Origin: Clostridia bacterium
GTDB taxonomy: Bacteria > Bacillota > Clostridia > Oscillospirales > SIG627
Assembly (NCBI GenBank): GCA_017414535.1
Contig: JAFQMA010000015.1
Location: 1 to 58,456, forward strand
Length of the DNA: 58,456 bases
Direction: 5' to 3'
The translations under genes were made by a program, and so were the position numbers. The notes under the pieces are model-generated. The model was not told the DNA's origin and did not search any database. It was given only the letters and a program-made list of their open reading frames with translations. Shown piece by piece: positions 10,201-18,459 of the stretch (within the stretch, counting starts at the first letter, position 1; each line of letters starts with the position of its first letter).

Positions 10201-13200
10201 ACCAACCGCGCCAAGGACGCAGGCCGCGTGGTGATCACCAAAAAGGTGGCCCATCCCTTCGGGGAGGGAACCGTCGTTCCCACCAATCTGAAGTTCGCCT
10301 TTATCGCTGCCATCTTTGTAAACGGCACGGCCTACGCCAACCAGCCCGTAGAAACCAGCCACGGCAGCTTCACCACCGACTATCTCGGCCAGATCATCTT
10401 TGCGCTGGGCGCAGACGATTCCATCTCTATCAACGGCCTGCCCAACGGCGCAGAGGTACAGGTATTTGAGGTCGATATGCCTCAGGGCTTCCGTGCCGAC
10501 AAGGACTCCGACTCCGCCATCACCACCTACGGTGAGGTGGAGGAGCTGGTATTCACCAATACCTACGAGCCCCGCAGCATCAACGGCTCTCAGGTCAAGA
10601 TCCACGGCACCAAGTATCTGGACGGCCGTCTCTGGCAGGATTTCGACGCTTACACCTTCCGTCTCCAGTATTGGAACGGCATCAGCTGGCAGGTGCTGGC
10701 AGGCGGCAGTGAAAACGTCGCTACCAAGGCCGATCCCACCTTCAACCTCTCCGACGTATTCGCAAGCTTCAACTTCGATCACGAGGGAAGCTACCGCTTC
10801 TGGATCGTAGAGGAGGAGGGCGAGCTGGGCGGCATCACCTACGATAAGTCCGTACGAGAATTTATCGTTACCGTGGAGGACAACTGGAAGGGCGTCTACG
10901 AGATCGCAGACGTTTCCTCCGCCTCCGCTCAGGTCACCGTGACCGAGACTCCCGCGGCAAGCGGCACCGAATACACCGTCAACACCGGCTTTACCAACCG
11001 CTACTCCACCGGCACCACCTTCGTGGATCTGAGCGGTGAAAAGACCCTCGTAGGCGACGATCTGGCGGGCTACGTAGGCGAAAACGGCTTCGGCTTCGAG
11101 CTTCATACCGCCGTAATGACCTCGGGCGGACTGCAGCAGGATCAGCTGATCTACACCGCACATCTGAACGATGAGGGCAAATTCACCTTCGATCACAACT
11201 ACGTCGGTCATCTGGTCTTCGATCAGCCCGGCACCTACTACTTTATCGTGCGCGAGGCTGTCATCGGAAGCGATCCCCTGATGAAATTCGATCCCGCCCT
11301 TTACGAGATCACCGTTGTCGTTACCGACAATCTGGTGGGCGGTCTGGAAAACACCGTAGCCGTGACCCGCGTTACGGCCGGCGGCAGCACCACCGCTGAC
11401 AAAGCAAGCCTCAACTTCACCAACGAGCGCCTGCCCAAGGCCGTGCAGATCCGACTGCTCGGTCATAAGAATTACAACTTGACCCTCCCTGCCGATAAAT
11501 TCACCTTTGATCTGTACAAGGCGACCCTCTCCGGCTCCACCTATACCGCCGAGGGTAACGCTCTTCTCTCTGCCACCAACCGGGCAGACGGTGCCTTCCT
11601 GCTGGAGGACGGCGCAAGCTCCTCTCATCTGGTCTTCACCAAGGCCGGTGATTATCACTTCATCGTGAAGGAGCGTCTCCCTGCGGGAGTCAGTGCACAG
11701 GATCCCACCCTGAACGGCATCACCTACGATACCCGTGAGTACGGTCTCACCGTGCGCGTCACCGACGGCATCAGCCCCACGGGCAGAGCCATCCTCATCT
11801 ATGAGCTTTTGGTGAACGGTGTTCCGGGCGGCTCCATCACCTTTGATAACCGCTACGGCGCATCAGGCGAGATCACTCTCTCCGGCGAAAAAACGCTGGA
11901 CGGCAAGACCCAGGGCACCGAGGCCTTTACCTTCGAGCTGTATAACGCAAGCGTTTCCGGCTCTACCGTGACTCTCGGCTCTCTGATCGACTCCAAGTCT
12001 CCCGTGGGAGGCACCTTCACCTTCAAGGCTCTGCACTTCGCCTCTCTTGCCGACGTGGGCGAGCACTACTTTGTGATCCGTGAGAGGATCCCCGCAGGTG
12101 CCAATGCCGCCCATACCTACAAGGGCGTCACCTACGATGCAAGAGAGTATCTGGTGAAGATCACCGTCACCGATAACGGCGACGGCACCCTGAAGACTGA
12201 AAAGACCGTAACTCTGAACGGCGCTCCCGCCGAGGTCCGTTTTGAGAACACCTACGCCATCACTGCCGAGACCCGCGTTCCCGTCAGCGGCGAAAAGGGC
12301 GCCGAGGACTTCACGCTGAAGGACGGCGATTTCTCCTTTGCCATCTATAACGGCAATGTAGACGGTCAAGGCAAGGTCACGGCCGACGGCACCCCCATTG
12401 AGACCGTCAAGAACGTAGGCTCCGCCTTCTCCTTCACCGATCTGAAGTTCGATTCCCTCACCGACGTGGGTGACCATTACTTCGTGATATGCGAGGTAGT
12501 TCCCGACGAGGCCGATGCCAACGGCATTTACAAGGGCATCCTCTATGACAAGAGCGAATTTGTTCTGAAGGTCACCGTGACCGACAACGGCGACGGCACC
12601 CTGAAGGCTGTGCCCACGCTCACCAAAAACGGCACCGCCGCCTCCCTCCGCTTTGAAAACGCTTACCGCATCACCACCGCAGGTGCCATCACCGTCGGCG
12701 GCGAAAAGAAGCTGGAGGACAAGACCCTTGCCGACGGCGTTTATACCTTCGAGCTCTACAAGGCACAGAAGGACGGTCAGGGCAAGCTTGCCATTGTAGG
12801 CTCCGCCATCGATACCGACATCAACAAGGACGGTAAATTCACCTTCGATACCGTCACCTTCACCTCTCTGGAGGACGTGGGTATTCACTATTTCGCCGTG
12901 AAGGAGCGCATCCCCGCCGCCGCACAGGACAATGCCCATCTGGGCGTTCTGTACGATGCCAGAACCTACTTTATCACCGTGACCGTCACCGATAACGGCG
13001 ACGGCACCCTGGCCGTTACCTCCGCCACCTCCGTGGAGGGCGAAAGCGCCGCCAAGATCGAATTTGTCAACAAGTACGGCGTCATGACCCCTGTGGAGAT
13101 CACCCTGGAGGGTGAGAAGACCCTGGACGGCGCGGCCGCTCCCGACGGTAAGTTTACCTTCGGTCTGTACAAGGTAAGCGTCACCGCTGCAGGCGATCCT

Positions 13201-13620
13201 GTGATCGATCCCAACGCGCTGCAGACCGTTTCCACCAAGGACGGTAAATTCAGCTTTACCGCCATGAAGGCTGAGAAGCTTTCCGATGAGGGCAATTACT
13301 TCTTCGCCATCCGCGAGATCATCCCCGACGGTGCGGATGAAAACGGCGTAAAGGACGGCATCAAGTACGATCCCACCCTGTACTACGCTCGCGTAGAGGT
13401 TTCCGACAACGGCGACGGCACCTTCAAGACGCAGGTCTACTACGGTGACGCCGAGGGCAAGATCATTGATCACGCGCCCACCTTCGCCAACACCACCGTG
13501 GAGAAGCCCCCCGTTCCCACGGGCGACAGAGCTAACCTTGCTCTGTGGCTGGCGCTCCTCTTCGTTTCCGGCACCTCTCTGTTCGTTGTTCCCCTCATTG
13601 CCAAGAAAAGAAGAGCGTGA
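7222..13620 (+). CDS. Giant cell-wall-anchored adhesin: signal peptide, vWA domain, about 7 pilin-isopeptide (Spy0128/FctA-like) modules, LPXTG-like sorting signal
   Basis: AAAGGAG RBS. N-terminal signal peptide. MIDAS motif DVSES. Repeated modules of the form FTF(E/D)LY..DGKFTF..HYFV(I/V)(R/K)E..GVTYD..VTVTDNGDGTL. C-terminus is PVPTGD, then a hydrophobic helix, then KKRRA. Confidence 0.85.
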   Translation: MKHTLTHRLLSLLLCATLLLGLVPTAIVSAAAGDTGLVSTVQGTKVADPHNIHGWTHHFGSTVLNTENAGKVWADKSVFTDVASFKAAMLQGESINPNAAYNSMAIDDDNFLVALSGIAATKEVVGYSAVPTDTVFVLDVSESMDQSGYVPSMVTAANNAIKTLLELNRHNRVSVVLYSGNTREGSSNLSHATVLLPLDRYEAGNSGDYVTYTGYTTSTTVAVARDLKNGEGEEVDRTSKTTQGGTYIQSGLYLASTQFKKAYDDGTTVIDSDLIQGGTKRIPVVALMSDGLPTAASTNYATLGTNGTSNQGDGTENTNAITFLTQLTAKWLKESASKYYGNEALFYSLWLKSANDNSNNPTIAPSTSGVTLDGWWKSYLNATAGSQVSFRVSQSRTFSITRDDVVERVPAVDPATDEYTKDWTEAQNYVDEYFTATNAGDFENAFKRIVDTIIAQSRYYPTMVSGQNHSNSGYIAIEDPIGVFMEVKELEGIDIGGHLFTGEALIKMMMNNDFGNRDTYTENGWKLIEAIENRLGVGEDVAIAIASEAWNYGQLGYDSTTGKYSNYIGWYADENGVYKGFWHDGHTVADVPAGATQRIKSYGFYGVIDDAISDSNIAGTDMMHIAVRVATKLTTGEQTVSFGIPAALIPLVVYEVEVNASSIAAATEAKLNVTGATHPLRLLMEVGLREDINELTVKSIVEKSDHYHKDADGNYVFYTNRWGDVHVDTGMMDKPEYMNHTATVSHFNPSVMNEKYYFFQDTAIYTDERGTRYVGSSAPANATFYELVYVFEATGNGDEARILKKYRPISDKAIIHAEKDEDSNAWHIPGNVAHYNVTDYKVQKPDNATDTLEYLVSIEIPEYTQGRYEVYSMHGNNGRITMSQTTGMKLTKEIPVVIPGTSTKNFVLNVAFAAPAGTTLPATVKVSYDQKTYVEVATNNVSVTLDANESVWIYGLPAGTAYTVTEEDHLDYQPQISSVSGTLTGGEITPVTFTNRAKDAGRVVITKKVAHPFGEGTVVPTNLKFAFIAAIFVNGTAYANQPVETSHGSFTTDYLGQIIFALGADDSISINGLPNGAEVQVFEVDMPQGFRADKDSDSAITTYGEVEELVFTNTYEPRSINGSQVKIHGTKYLDGRLWQDFDAYTFRLQYWNGISWQVLAGGSENVATKADPTFNLSDVFASFNFDHEGSYRFWIVEEEGELGGITYDKSVREFIVTVEDNWKGVYEIADVSSASAQVTVTETPAASGTEYTVNTGFTNRYSTGTTFVDLSGEKTLVGDDLAGYVGENGFGFELHTAVMTSGGLQQDQLIYTAHLNDEGKFTFDHNYVGHLVFDQPGTYYFIVREAVIGSDPLMKFDPALYEITVVVTDNLVGGLENTVAVTRVTAGGSTTADKASLNFTNERLPKAVQIRLLGHKNYNLTLPADKFTFDLYKATLSGSTYTAEGNALLSATNRADGAFLLEDGASSSHLVFTKAGDYHFIVKERLPAGVSAQDPTLNGITYDTREYGLTVRVTDGISPTGRAILIYELLVNGVPGGSITFDNRYGASGEITLSGEKTLDGKTQGTEAFTFELYNASVSGSTVTLGSLIDSKSPVGGTFTFKALHFASLADVGEHYFVIRERIPAGANAAHTYKGVTYDAREYLVKITVTDNGDGTLKTEKTVTLNGAPAEVRFENTYAITAETRVPVSGEKGAEDFTLKDGDFSFAIYNGNVDGQGKVTADGTPIETVKNVGSAFSFTDLKFDSLTDVGDHYFVICEVVPDEADANGIYKGILYDKSEFVLKVTVTDNGDGTLKAVPTLTKNGTAASLRFENAYRITTAGAITVGGEKKLEDKTLADGVYTFELYKAQKDGQGKLAIVGSAIDTDINKDGKFTFDTVTFTSLEDVGIHYFAVKERIPAAAQDNAHLGVLYDARTYFITVTVTDNGDGTLAVTSATSVEGESAAKIEFVNKYGVMTPVEITLEGEKTLDGAAAPDGKFTFGLYKVSVTAAGDPVIDPNALQTVSTKDGKFSFTAMKAEKLSDEGNYFFAIREIIPDGADENGVKDGIKYDPTLYYARVEVSDNGDGTFKTQVYYGDAEGKIIDHAPTFANTTVEKPPVPTGDRANLALWLALLFVSGTSLFVVPLIAKKRRA

Positions 13621-13642
13621 GCTGAAATGACCCCATAGCACC

Positions 13643-13673
13643 CTGCCGACCCACATGGGTCGGCAGTTTTTTT
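13643..13673 (+). terminator. Intrinsic terminator
   Basis: CTGCCGACCC-ACAT-GGGTCGGCAG hairpin followed by TTTTTTT. Confidence 0.85.
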
Positions 13674-13762
13674 GCAAATATTGTCCTTTCTTCCCGCAAC
13701 GTCTTGCATTTTTCGCCGATTGGTCGTATAATCGGTATAGAAACATATTGGAGGATTTCACA

Positions 13763-14539
13763 ATGGAATACGACGTTTTGATCTTCGGCGGACAGAGTAA
13801 TATGCAGGGGCAGACAGGCTCCTTCCCCACTTACAACAAGCCCGTAGACGGCGCGCTGGAATATCGCTTCCTTACCGATTCCTTCATCCCCGTTCAACAT
13901 CCCATCGGTGAGGTCATTGAGGGAGGTCTGCTTCTGGCGGCCTCGGGCAATAACGGCTCCATGGTGCCCGCCTGCTGCAAACAATACATAAAGAATACCG
14001 GCCGTGGCGTCGTGGCCATTCACGTGGCCCGCGGCAACACCGCCATTGCCGAGTGGGACGGCGCTACCCGCCGCTATCAGTTGGCTGTGGAAAAGATCCA
14101 AGGAGGCCTGAATAAGCTCCGTGCCGAGGGACACACCGTCGGCAGGATCTATTACCTCTGGCTGCAGGGCGAATCCGACGCCATTAACGGCACCACCGGC
14201 GAGGATTACGAGAGAATGCTCATCGATCTGAAGAACAACCTCAAGCGCGATGTGGGCATCCATAAGTTCTGCATCCTCAAGGTAGGCTACTTCAACCGTC
14301 ACCGTGCCAAGGCGCTGGCACACCTCACCGTTCAGCAGAGAGCCGCCTACGACGAGAATATCATGCACGCGCAGGAAATGGCCGCCCGGCACGACGAGGA
14401 CGTGGTCATGCTCCTGCGCATCCTGCCCGAAATGAGTCTGGATCAGAAAAATATCAATCCCAAGGCCATGGGTCACTTCAATAACAAGGCCCACACCATT
14501 ATCGGCAAAGCCGCCGCCGACGCCCTGGCCAAGCTGTAA
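13763..14539 (+). CDS. SASA-type (sialate O-acetylesterase-like) SGNH esterase, no signal peptide
   Basis: GGAGGA RBS before ATG 13763. FGGQSNMQG catalytic-Ser motif and WLQGESD motif. Confidence 0.75.
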   Translation: MEYDVLIFGGQSNMQGQTGSFPTYNKPVDGALEYRFLTDSFIPVQHPIGEVIEGGLLLAASGNNGSMVPACCKQYIKNTGRGVVAIHVARGNTAIAEWDGATRRYQLAVEKIQGGLNKLRAEGHTVGRIYYLWLQGESDAINGTTGEDYERMLIDLKNNLKRDVGIHKFCILKVGYFNRHRAKALAHLTVQQRAAYDENIMHAQEMAARHDEDVVMLLRILPEMSLDQKNINPKAMGHFNNKAHTIIGKAAADALAKL

Positions 14540-14554
14540 TTTTTCGTTTTATCT

Positions 14555-14736
14555 GAGGGCCCCCTTTTCGGGGGAGGACCTTTTGCAAAAGGCAGTCTGC
14601 CCCGGCGAGGGAAGGTGGCGCGGCAACGCCGTAACGGATGAGGTCGCCATGGATCTCTCCCCCTCCCCAAAAACCTTTCGTGTTTATTTTTCAGAAATGA
14701 GGCCTTTCTGCCAAAACGGCAGGAAGGCTTTTCTTC
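14555..14736 (+). repeat. Composite terminator repeat, copy A
   Basis: G/C-rich hairpins around CTTTT..AAAAG cores, a CCCTCCCCAAAAAC box, then a GAGGCCTTTCTGCC-AAAA-CGGCAGGAAGGC hairpin with a T-run. Same layout as copies at 32100, 37132 and 46693. Confidence 0.6.
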
Positions 14737-14826
14737 ATCCTCGAAAAAACTTGACGAAAAATATAGACTTTTCTTCCTTTTTTTGATATAATGGATTATC
14801 TATTGAAACATGGAGGACTTTTTCCC

Positions 14827-15315
14827 ATGCTGCAACGAAATTCCAAAGAAAATTACTATCTTGATATTGCCGAGACCGTGGCCGAGCGCGGCACCTGCCT
14901 GAGAAAGAAATACGGCGCCATCATCGTAAAAAACGACGTCATCGTCTCCACGGGCTACGTAGGCGCACCTCGCGGCAGAAAGAACTGCTGTGACATGAAT
15001 TACTGTCTGCGTGAGCAGATGAATATCCCCCGCGGTGAGCGATACGAGCTGTGCCGCAGTGTCCACGCGGAGCAAAACGCCATCATCAACGCCTCCCGCG
15101 AGCAGATGATCGGCTCCACCATGTACCTGTGCGGGGTGGACGTTAAGACCGGTGAATACGTGGAGAATTCCTCCTGCTGCCAGATGTGCAAGCGCATGGT
15201 CATCAACGCGGGCATCGAAAAGGTGGTCATCCGCGACAACAAAGAAAATTACCGCGTCATTTTCGTTTCCGAATGGGTGGAAAACGACGATTCCTTAGGT
15301 CAAACGGGCTATTAA
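14827..15315 (+). CDS. comEB: dCMP deaminase
   Basis: GGAGGA RBS 8 nt before ATG 14827. An extended -10 (TGATATAAT) overlaps the earlier ATG at 14791. HAEQNAI zinc motif and CCQMCKRMVINAGI motif. Confidence 0.8.
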   Translation: MLQRNSKENYYLDIAETVAERGTCLRKKYGAIIVKNDVIVSTGYVGAPRGRKNCCDMNYCLREQMNIPRGERYELCRSVHAEQNAIINASREQMIGSTMYLCGVDVKTGEYVENSSCCQMCKRMVINAGIEKVVIRDNKENYRVIFVSEWVENDDSLGQTGY

Positions 15316-15333
15316 AGAACGGAGAAAAGCACT

Positions 15334-16341
15334 ATGTCTAAAACCTTTATCCCTCAAGGCTACAAAAGCGTTCTGGGCGAGTACGATACCCAAGCCGCCA
15401 TCGGCATCCTGCGCCGCCGCTTTGAAAAAAATCTCTGCGTGGCGCTGAATTTAAAGCGCGTCAGCGCCCCCCTTTTCGTGGATCCCGATACGGGTCTCAA
15501 CGACGATCTGAGCGGGGTGGAGCGCCCCGTGCGCTTTGACATTAAGGAAACCGGCCGCGACGCGGTGGTGGTCCATTCCCTTGCCAAGTGGAAGCGCATG
15601 GCGCTGGGCAAATACGGCTTTCCCAAGGGCGAGGGACTTTATACCGACATGAACGCCATCCGCCGTGACGAGGAGATGGACAACCTCCATTCCATCTACG
15701 TGGATCAGTGGGATTGGGAAAAGGTCATCGGCCGTGAGGATCGCACCGTGGATTACTTGAAAAAGACTGTGGGCGGCATCGTTTCTGCCATTTGCGACAC
15801 CCAGGATGAGATCAAGAGCCTCTATCCCGCCTTAAAGACTACCCTCTCCCGCAAGGTGAAATTCATCACCACCCAGGAGCTGGAGGATCGCTATCCCTCC
15901 CTTTCCGGTAAGGAAAGAGAAAACGCCGTTACCAAGGAATACGGCACCGTGTTCCTGATGCAGATCGGCGATAAATTAAAAAGCGGCAAGCCCCACGACA
16001 GCCGTGCCCCCGACTACGATGATTGGGCCCTCAACGGAGATCTGCTGTTCTGGGACGAGACCCTGTCCTGCGCGCTGGAGATCAGCAGCATGGGTATCCG
16101 CGTGGATGAAAAGTCCATGCTGGAGCAGCTTCAAAAGGCAGGCTGTCCCGAGCGCGCCGAAAAGAGCTTTCACAAGGCCCTTTTGAAGGGTGAAATGCCC
16201 CTGACCATGGGCGGCGGCATCGGACAGAGCCGTCTGTGCCTGCTCCTTCTGGAAAAATGCCACGTGGGCGAGGTGCAGGTATCCCTGTGGGACGATGAAA
16301 CGGAAAAGATCTGCCGTGAGGCAGGCGTTACCATACTGTAA
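15334..16341 (+). CDS. asnA: Aspartate--ammonia ligase (asparagine synthetase A)
   Basis: Strong match to my recollection of E. coli AsnA blocks: VVHSLAKWKR, HSIYVDQWDWE, RAPDYDDW, SSMGIRVD, GGGIGQSRL. Confidence 0.92.
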   Translation: MSKTFIPQGYKSVLGEYDTQAAIGILRRRFEKNLCVALNLKRVSAPLFVDPDTGLNDDLSGVERPVRFDIKETGRDAVVVHSLAKWKRMALGKYGFPKGEGLYTDMNAIRRDEEMDNLHSIYVDQWDWEKVIGREDRTVDYLKKTVGGIVSAICDTQDEIKSLYPALKTTLSRKVKFITTQELEDRYPSLSGKERENAVTKEYGTVFLMQIGDKLKSGKPHDSRAPDYDDWALNGDLLFWDETLSCALEISSMGIRVDEKSMLEQLQKAGCPERAEKSFHKALLKGEMPLTMGGGIGQSRLCLLLLEKCHVGEVQVSLWDDETEKICREAGVTIL

Positions 16342-16350
16342 GGAGTCTTT

Positions 16351-18444
16351 ATGCCGAGCATTCCCGAATATTTCGGTTCCATGGTCTTTAACGACCCCAT
16401 GATGAAAAAATACCTCCCCGAGGAGATCTATCTTTCCTTGAAGAATACCGTCTCCCGCGGAGAAAAGCTTGACCCACGCATTGCCGATGCGGTGGCGGAC
16501 GGCATGCGCGCCTGGGCGGTCTCCAAGGGGGCTACTCACTTTACCCATTGGTTCCAGCCCATGACGGGTACTACCGCCGAAAAGCACGATTCCTTTTTAA
16601 AGCCGCTGGACGATGCCACGGTGATCCTTGCCTTTTCAGGGAAAAATCTGGTATCCGGCGAGGCCGATGCCTCCAGCTTCCCCTCGGGCGGCCTGCGCGC
16701 CACCTTCGAGGCCAGAGGCTATTCCGCATGGGACCCCACCTCCTACGCCTTCATTAAGGATCGCACCCTTTGCATCCCCACGGCCTTTTGCTCCTATCGG
16801 GGCGAAAGTCTGGATAAAAAGACCCCCCTTCTGCGCTCCCGCGAGACGCTGGACCGTCAGGCGCGCCGCATCCTCACGCTCTTCGGCATGACGGACGTAA
16901 AGCGCGTGGAGGCCTGCGTAGGGGCGGAGCAGGAGTATTTTCTCATCGATGAGGAAATGCTTCGCCGCAGACCCGACCTCATGTGGTGCGGCCGTACCCT
17001 CTTCGGTGCCCGTCCCCCCAAGGGACAGGAAATGGACGGCCATTATTACGGTCAGATCAAGCCCCGCGTGTTAGCCTTTATGCAGGAGTTGGACGAGGAG
17101 CTTTGGAAGCTTGGCATCTTGGCCAATACCGAGCACAACGAGGTGGCCCCCGCTCAGCACGAGCTGGCCCCCATTTATTCCACGGTAAACCTTGCCACCG
17201 ACCATAACCAGCTCACCATGGAAATGATGAAGAAGATCGCCGCCCGTCACGGGCTGGCCTGCCTCCTTCACGAAAAGCCCTTTGCCGGCATCAACGGCAG
17301 CGGCAAGCACAATAACTGGTCTCTGTCCACCGATACGGGTCTGGGCCTCTTAAAGCCCGGCAAGACCCCTGCACACAACGCTCTGTTCCTGCTGTTTTTG
17401 ACGGCAGTGATCCGCGCCGTGGACGAAAATCAGGACCTCTTGCGCATCTCCGTCAGCGGTGCGGGCAACGACCACCGTCTGGGCGGCAACGAAGCGCCCC
17501 CCGCCACCCTCTCCATCTTTCTCGGTGACGAGCTGCAAGCCGTTTTGGACGATATCATGGCGGGAGAAAAATCCGAGGACCGCCCTCGCTTAAAGCTCAA
17601 CATCGGCGCCTCCGTCCTGCCCGAGCTGCCGCTGGATTCCACCGACCGCAACCGTACCAGCCCCTTTGCCTTCACGGGCAACAAGTTTGAATTCCGCATG
17701 CCCGGCTCCTCCTGCTCCATCGCCTGCCCCAACATGATCCTCAACACCATCGTAGCAGACGTTCTTTGCTCCTTTGCCGATCAGCTGGAGAACAGCCGCG
17801 ACCTGCAAGCAGACCTGAACAAGCTCCTTTACGAAAACCTCACCTCCCACAAGCGCATCCTCTTCAGCGGCAACAATTATTCCGAGGAATGGCGCGAGGA
17901 GAGCCGCCGCCGCGGCCTTCTTTGCTGTGCGGACACCGTGGAGGCGCTGAGCCACTATACCGACGAAAAGAACGTTGCCCTCTTTGAGCGTCACGGCGTA
18001 TTGAGCCGTGCGGAGCTGCAAAGCCGCAAGGAGGTGCTCCTGGAGAATTACAGCATGACCCAGCTGGTAGAGGCCTTGAGCCTTTCGGATCTGGTGCGCC
18101 ACCACATCCTCCCCGCAGTCATGAGCTATCAGGAAAAGCTCCTTTCCGCCCGCGAAAAGAAGCTTTCCTCAGGCCTGAGCCTTTCCACCGCCGCCGAGGA
18201 CGAGCTGCTGGAGGGTCTCTCCGATGCCTCCGATGCTCTCCTTGCCTCCCTGCACCGCTTGGAGGATGGCATTGAAAAGAGCCGATGCGAAACGGATAAC
18301 CTCGCACTGGCCGTCCATTCCCGCGACTGCCTGTTTTGCGAAATGCTCCGCGCCAGAGAGTCCATCGACCGTCTGGAGACCCTGGTGTCCGCCGGGGATT
18401 GGCCCTTTCCCAACTACGCCGAGATCCTTTACAGTGTAAGATAA
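16351..18444 (+). CDS. Glutamine synthetase, type III
   Basis: 697 aa. GSIII-type N-terminus (EYFGSMVFND). Catalytic block HEKPFAGINGSGKHNNWS. Confidence 0.85.
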   Translation: MPSIPEYFGSMVFNDPMMKKYLPEEIYLSLKNTVSRGEKLDPRIADAVADGMRAWAVSKGATHFTHWFQPMTGTTAEKHDSFLKPLDDATVILAFSGKNLVSGEADASSFPSGGLRATFEARGYSAWDPTSYAFIKDRTLCIPTAFCSYRGESLDKKTPLLRSRETLDRQARRILTLFGMTDVKRVEACVGAEQEYFLIDEEMLRRRPDLMWCGRTLFGARPPKGQEMDGHYYGQIKPRVLAFMQELDEELWKLGILANTEHNEVAPAQHELAPIYSTVNLATDHNQLTMEMMKKIAARHGLACLLHEKPFAGINGSGKHNNWSLSTDTGLGLLKPGKTPAHNALFLLFLTAVIRAVDENQDLLRISVSGAGNDHRLGGNEAPPATLSIFLGDELQAVLDDIMAGEKSEDRPRLKLNIGASVLPELPLDSTDRNRTSPFAFTGNKFEFRMPGSSCSIACPNMILNTIVADVLCSFADQLENSRDLQADLNKLLYENLTSHKRILFSGNNYSEEWREESRRRGLLCCADTVEALSHYTDEKNVALFERHGVLSRAELQSRKEVLLENYSMTQLVEALSLSDLVRHHILPAVMSYQEKLLSAREKKLSSGLSLSTAAEDELLEGLSDASDALLASLHRLEDGIEKSRCETDNLALAVHSRDCLFCEMLRARESIDRLETLVSAGDWPFPNYAEILYSVR

Positions 18445-18459
18445 GAAAGGTCATCATCT

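Noticed and set aside
8095-13830. Long minus-strand ORFs 8095..9459, 9628..11658 and 11863..13830 (454-676 aa)
   Set aside because: They are antisense to the adhesin gene. Their Gly/Val/Ala/Asp-rich repetitive translations mirror the sense-strand repeats. The sense frame has a signal peptide, a vWA domain and a sorting signal.
13595-14494. 299-aa minus-strand ORF
   Set aside because: Antisense to the SASA-type esterase, whose sense frame carries the GQSNM catalytic motif and an RBS.
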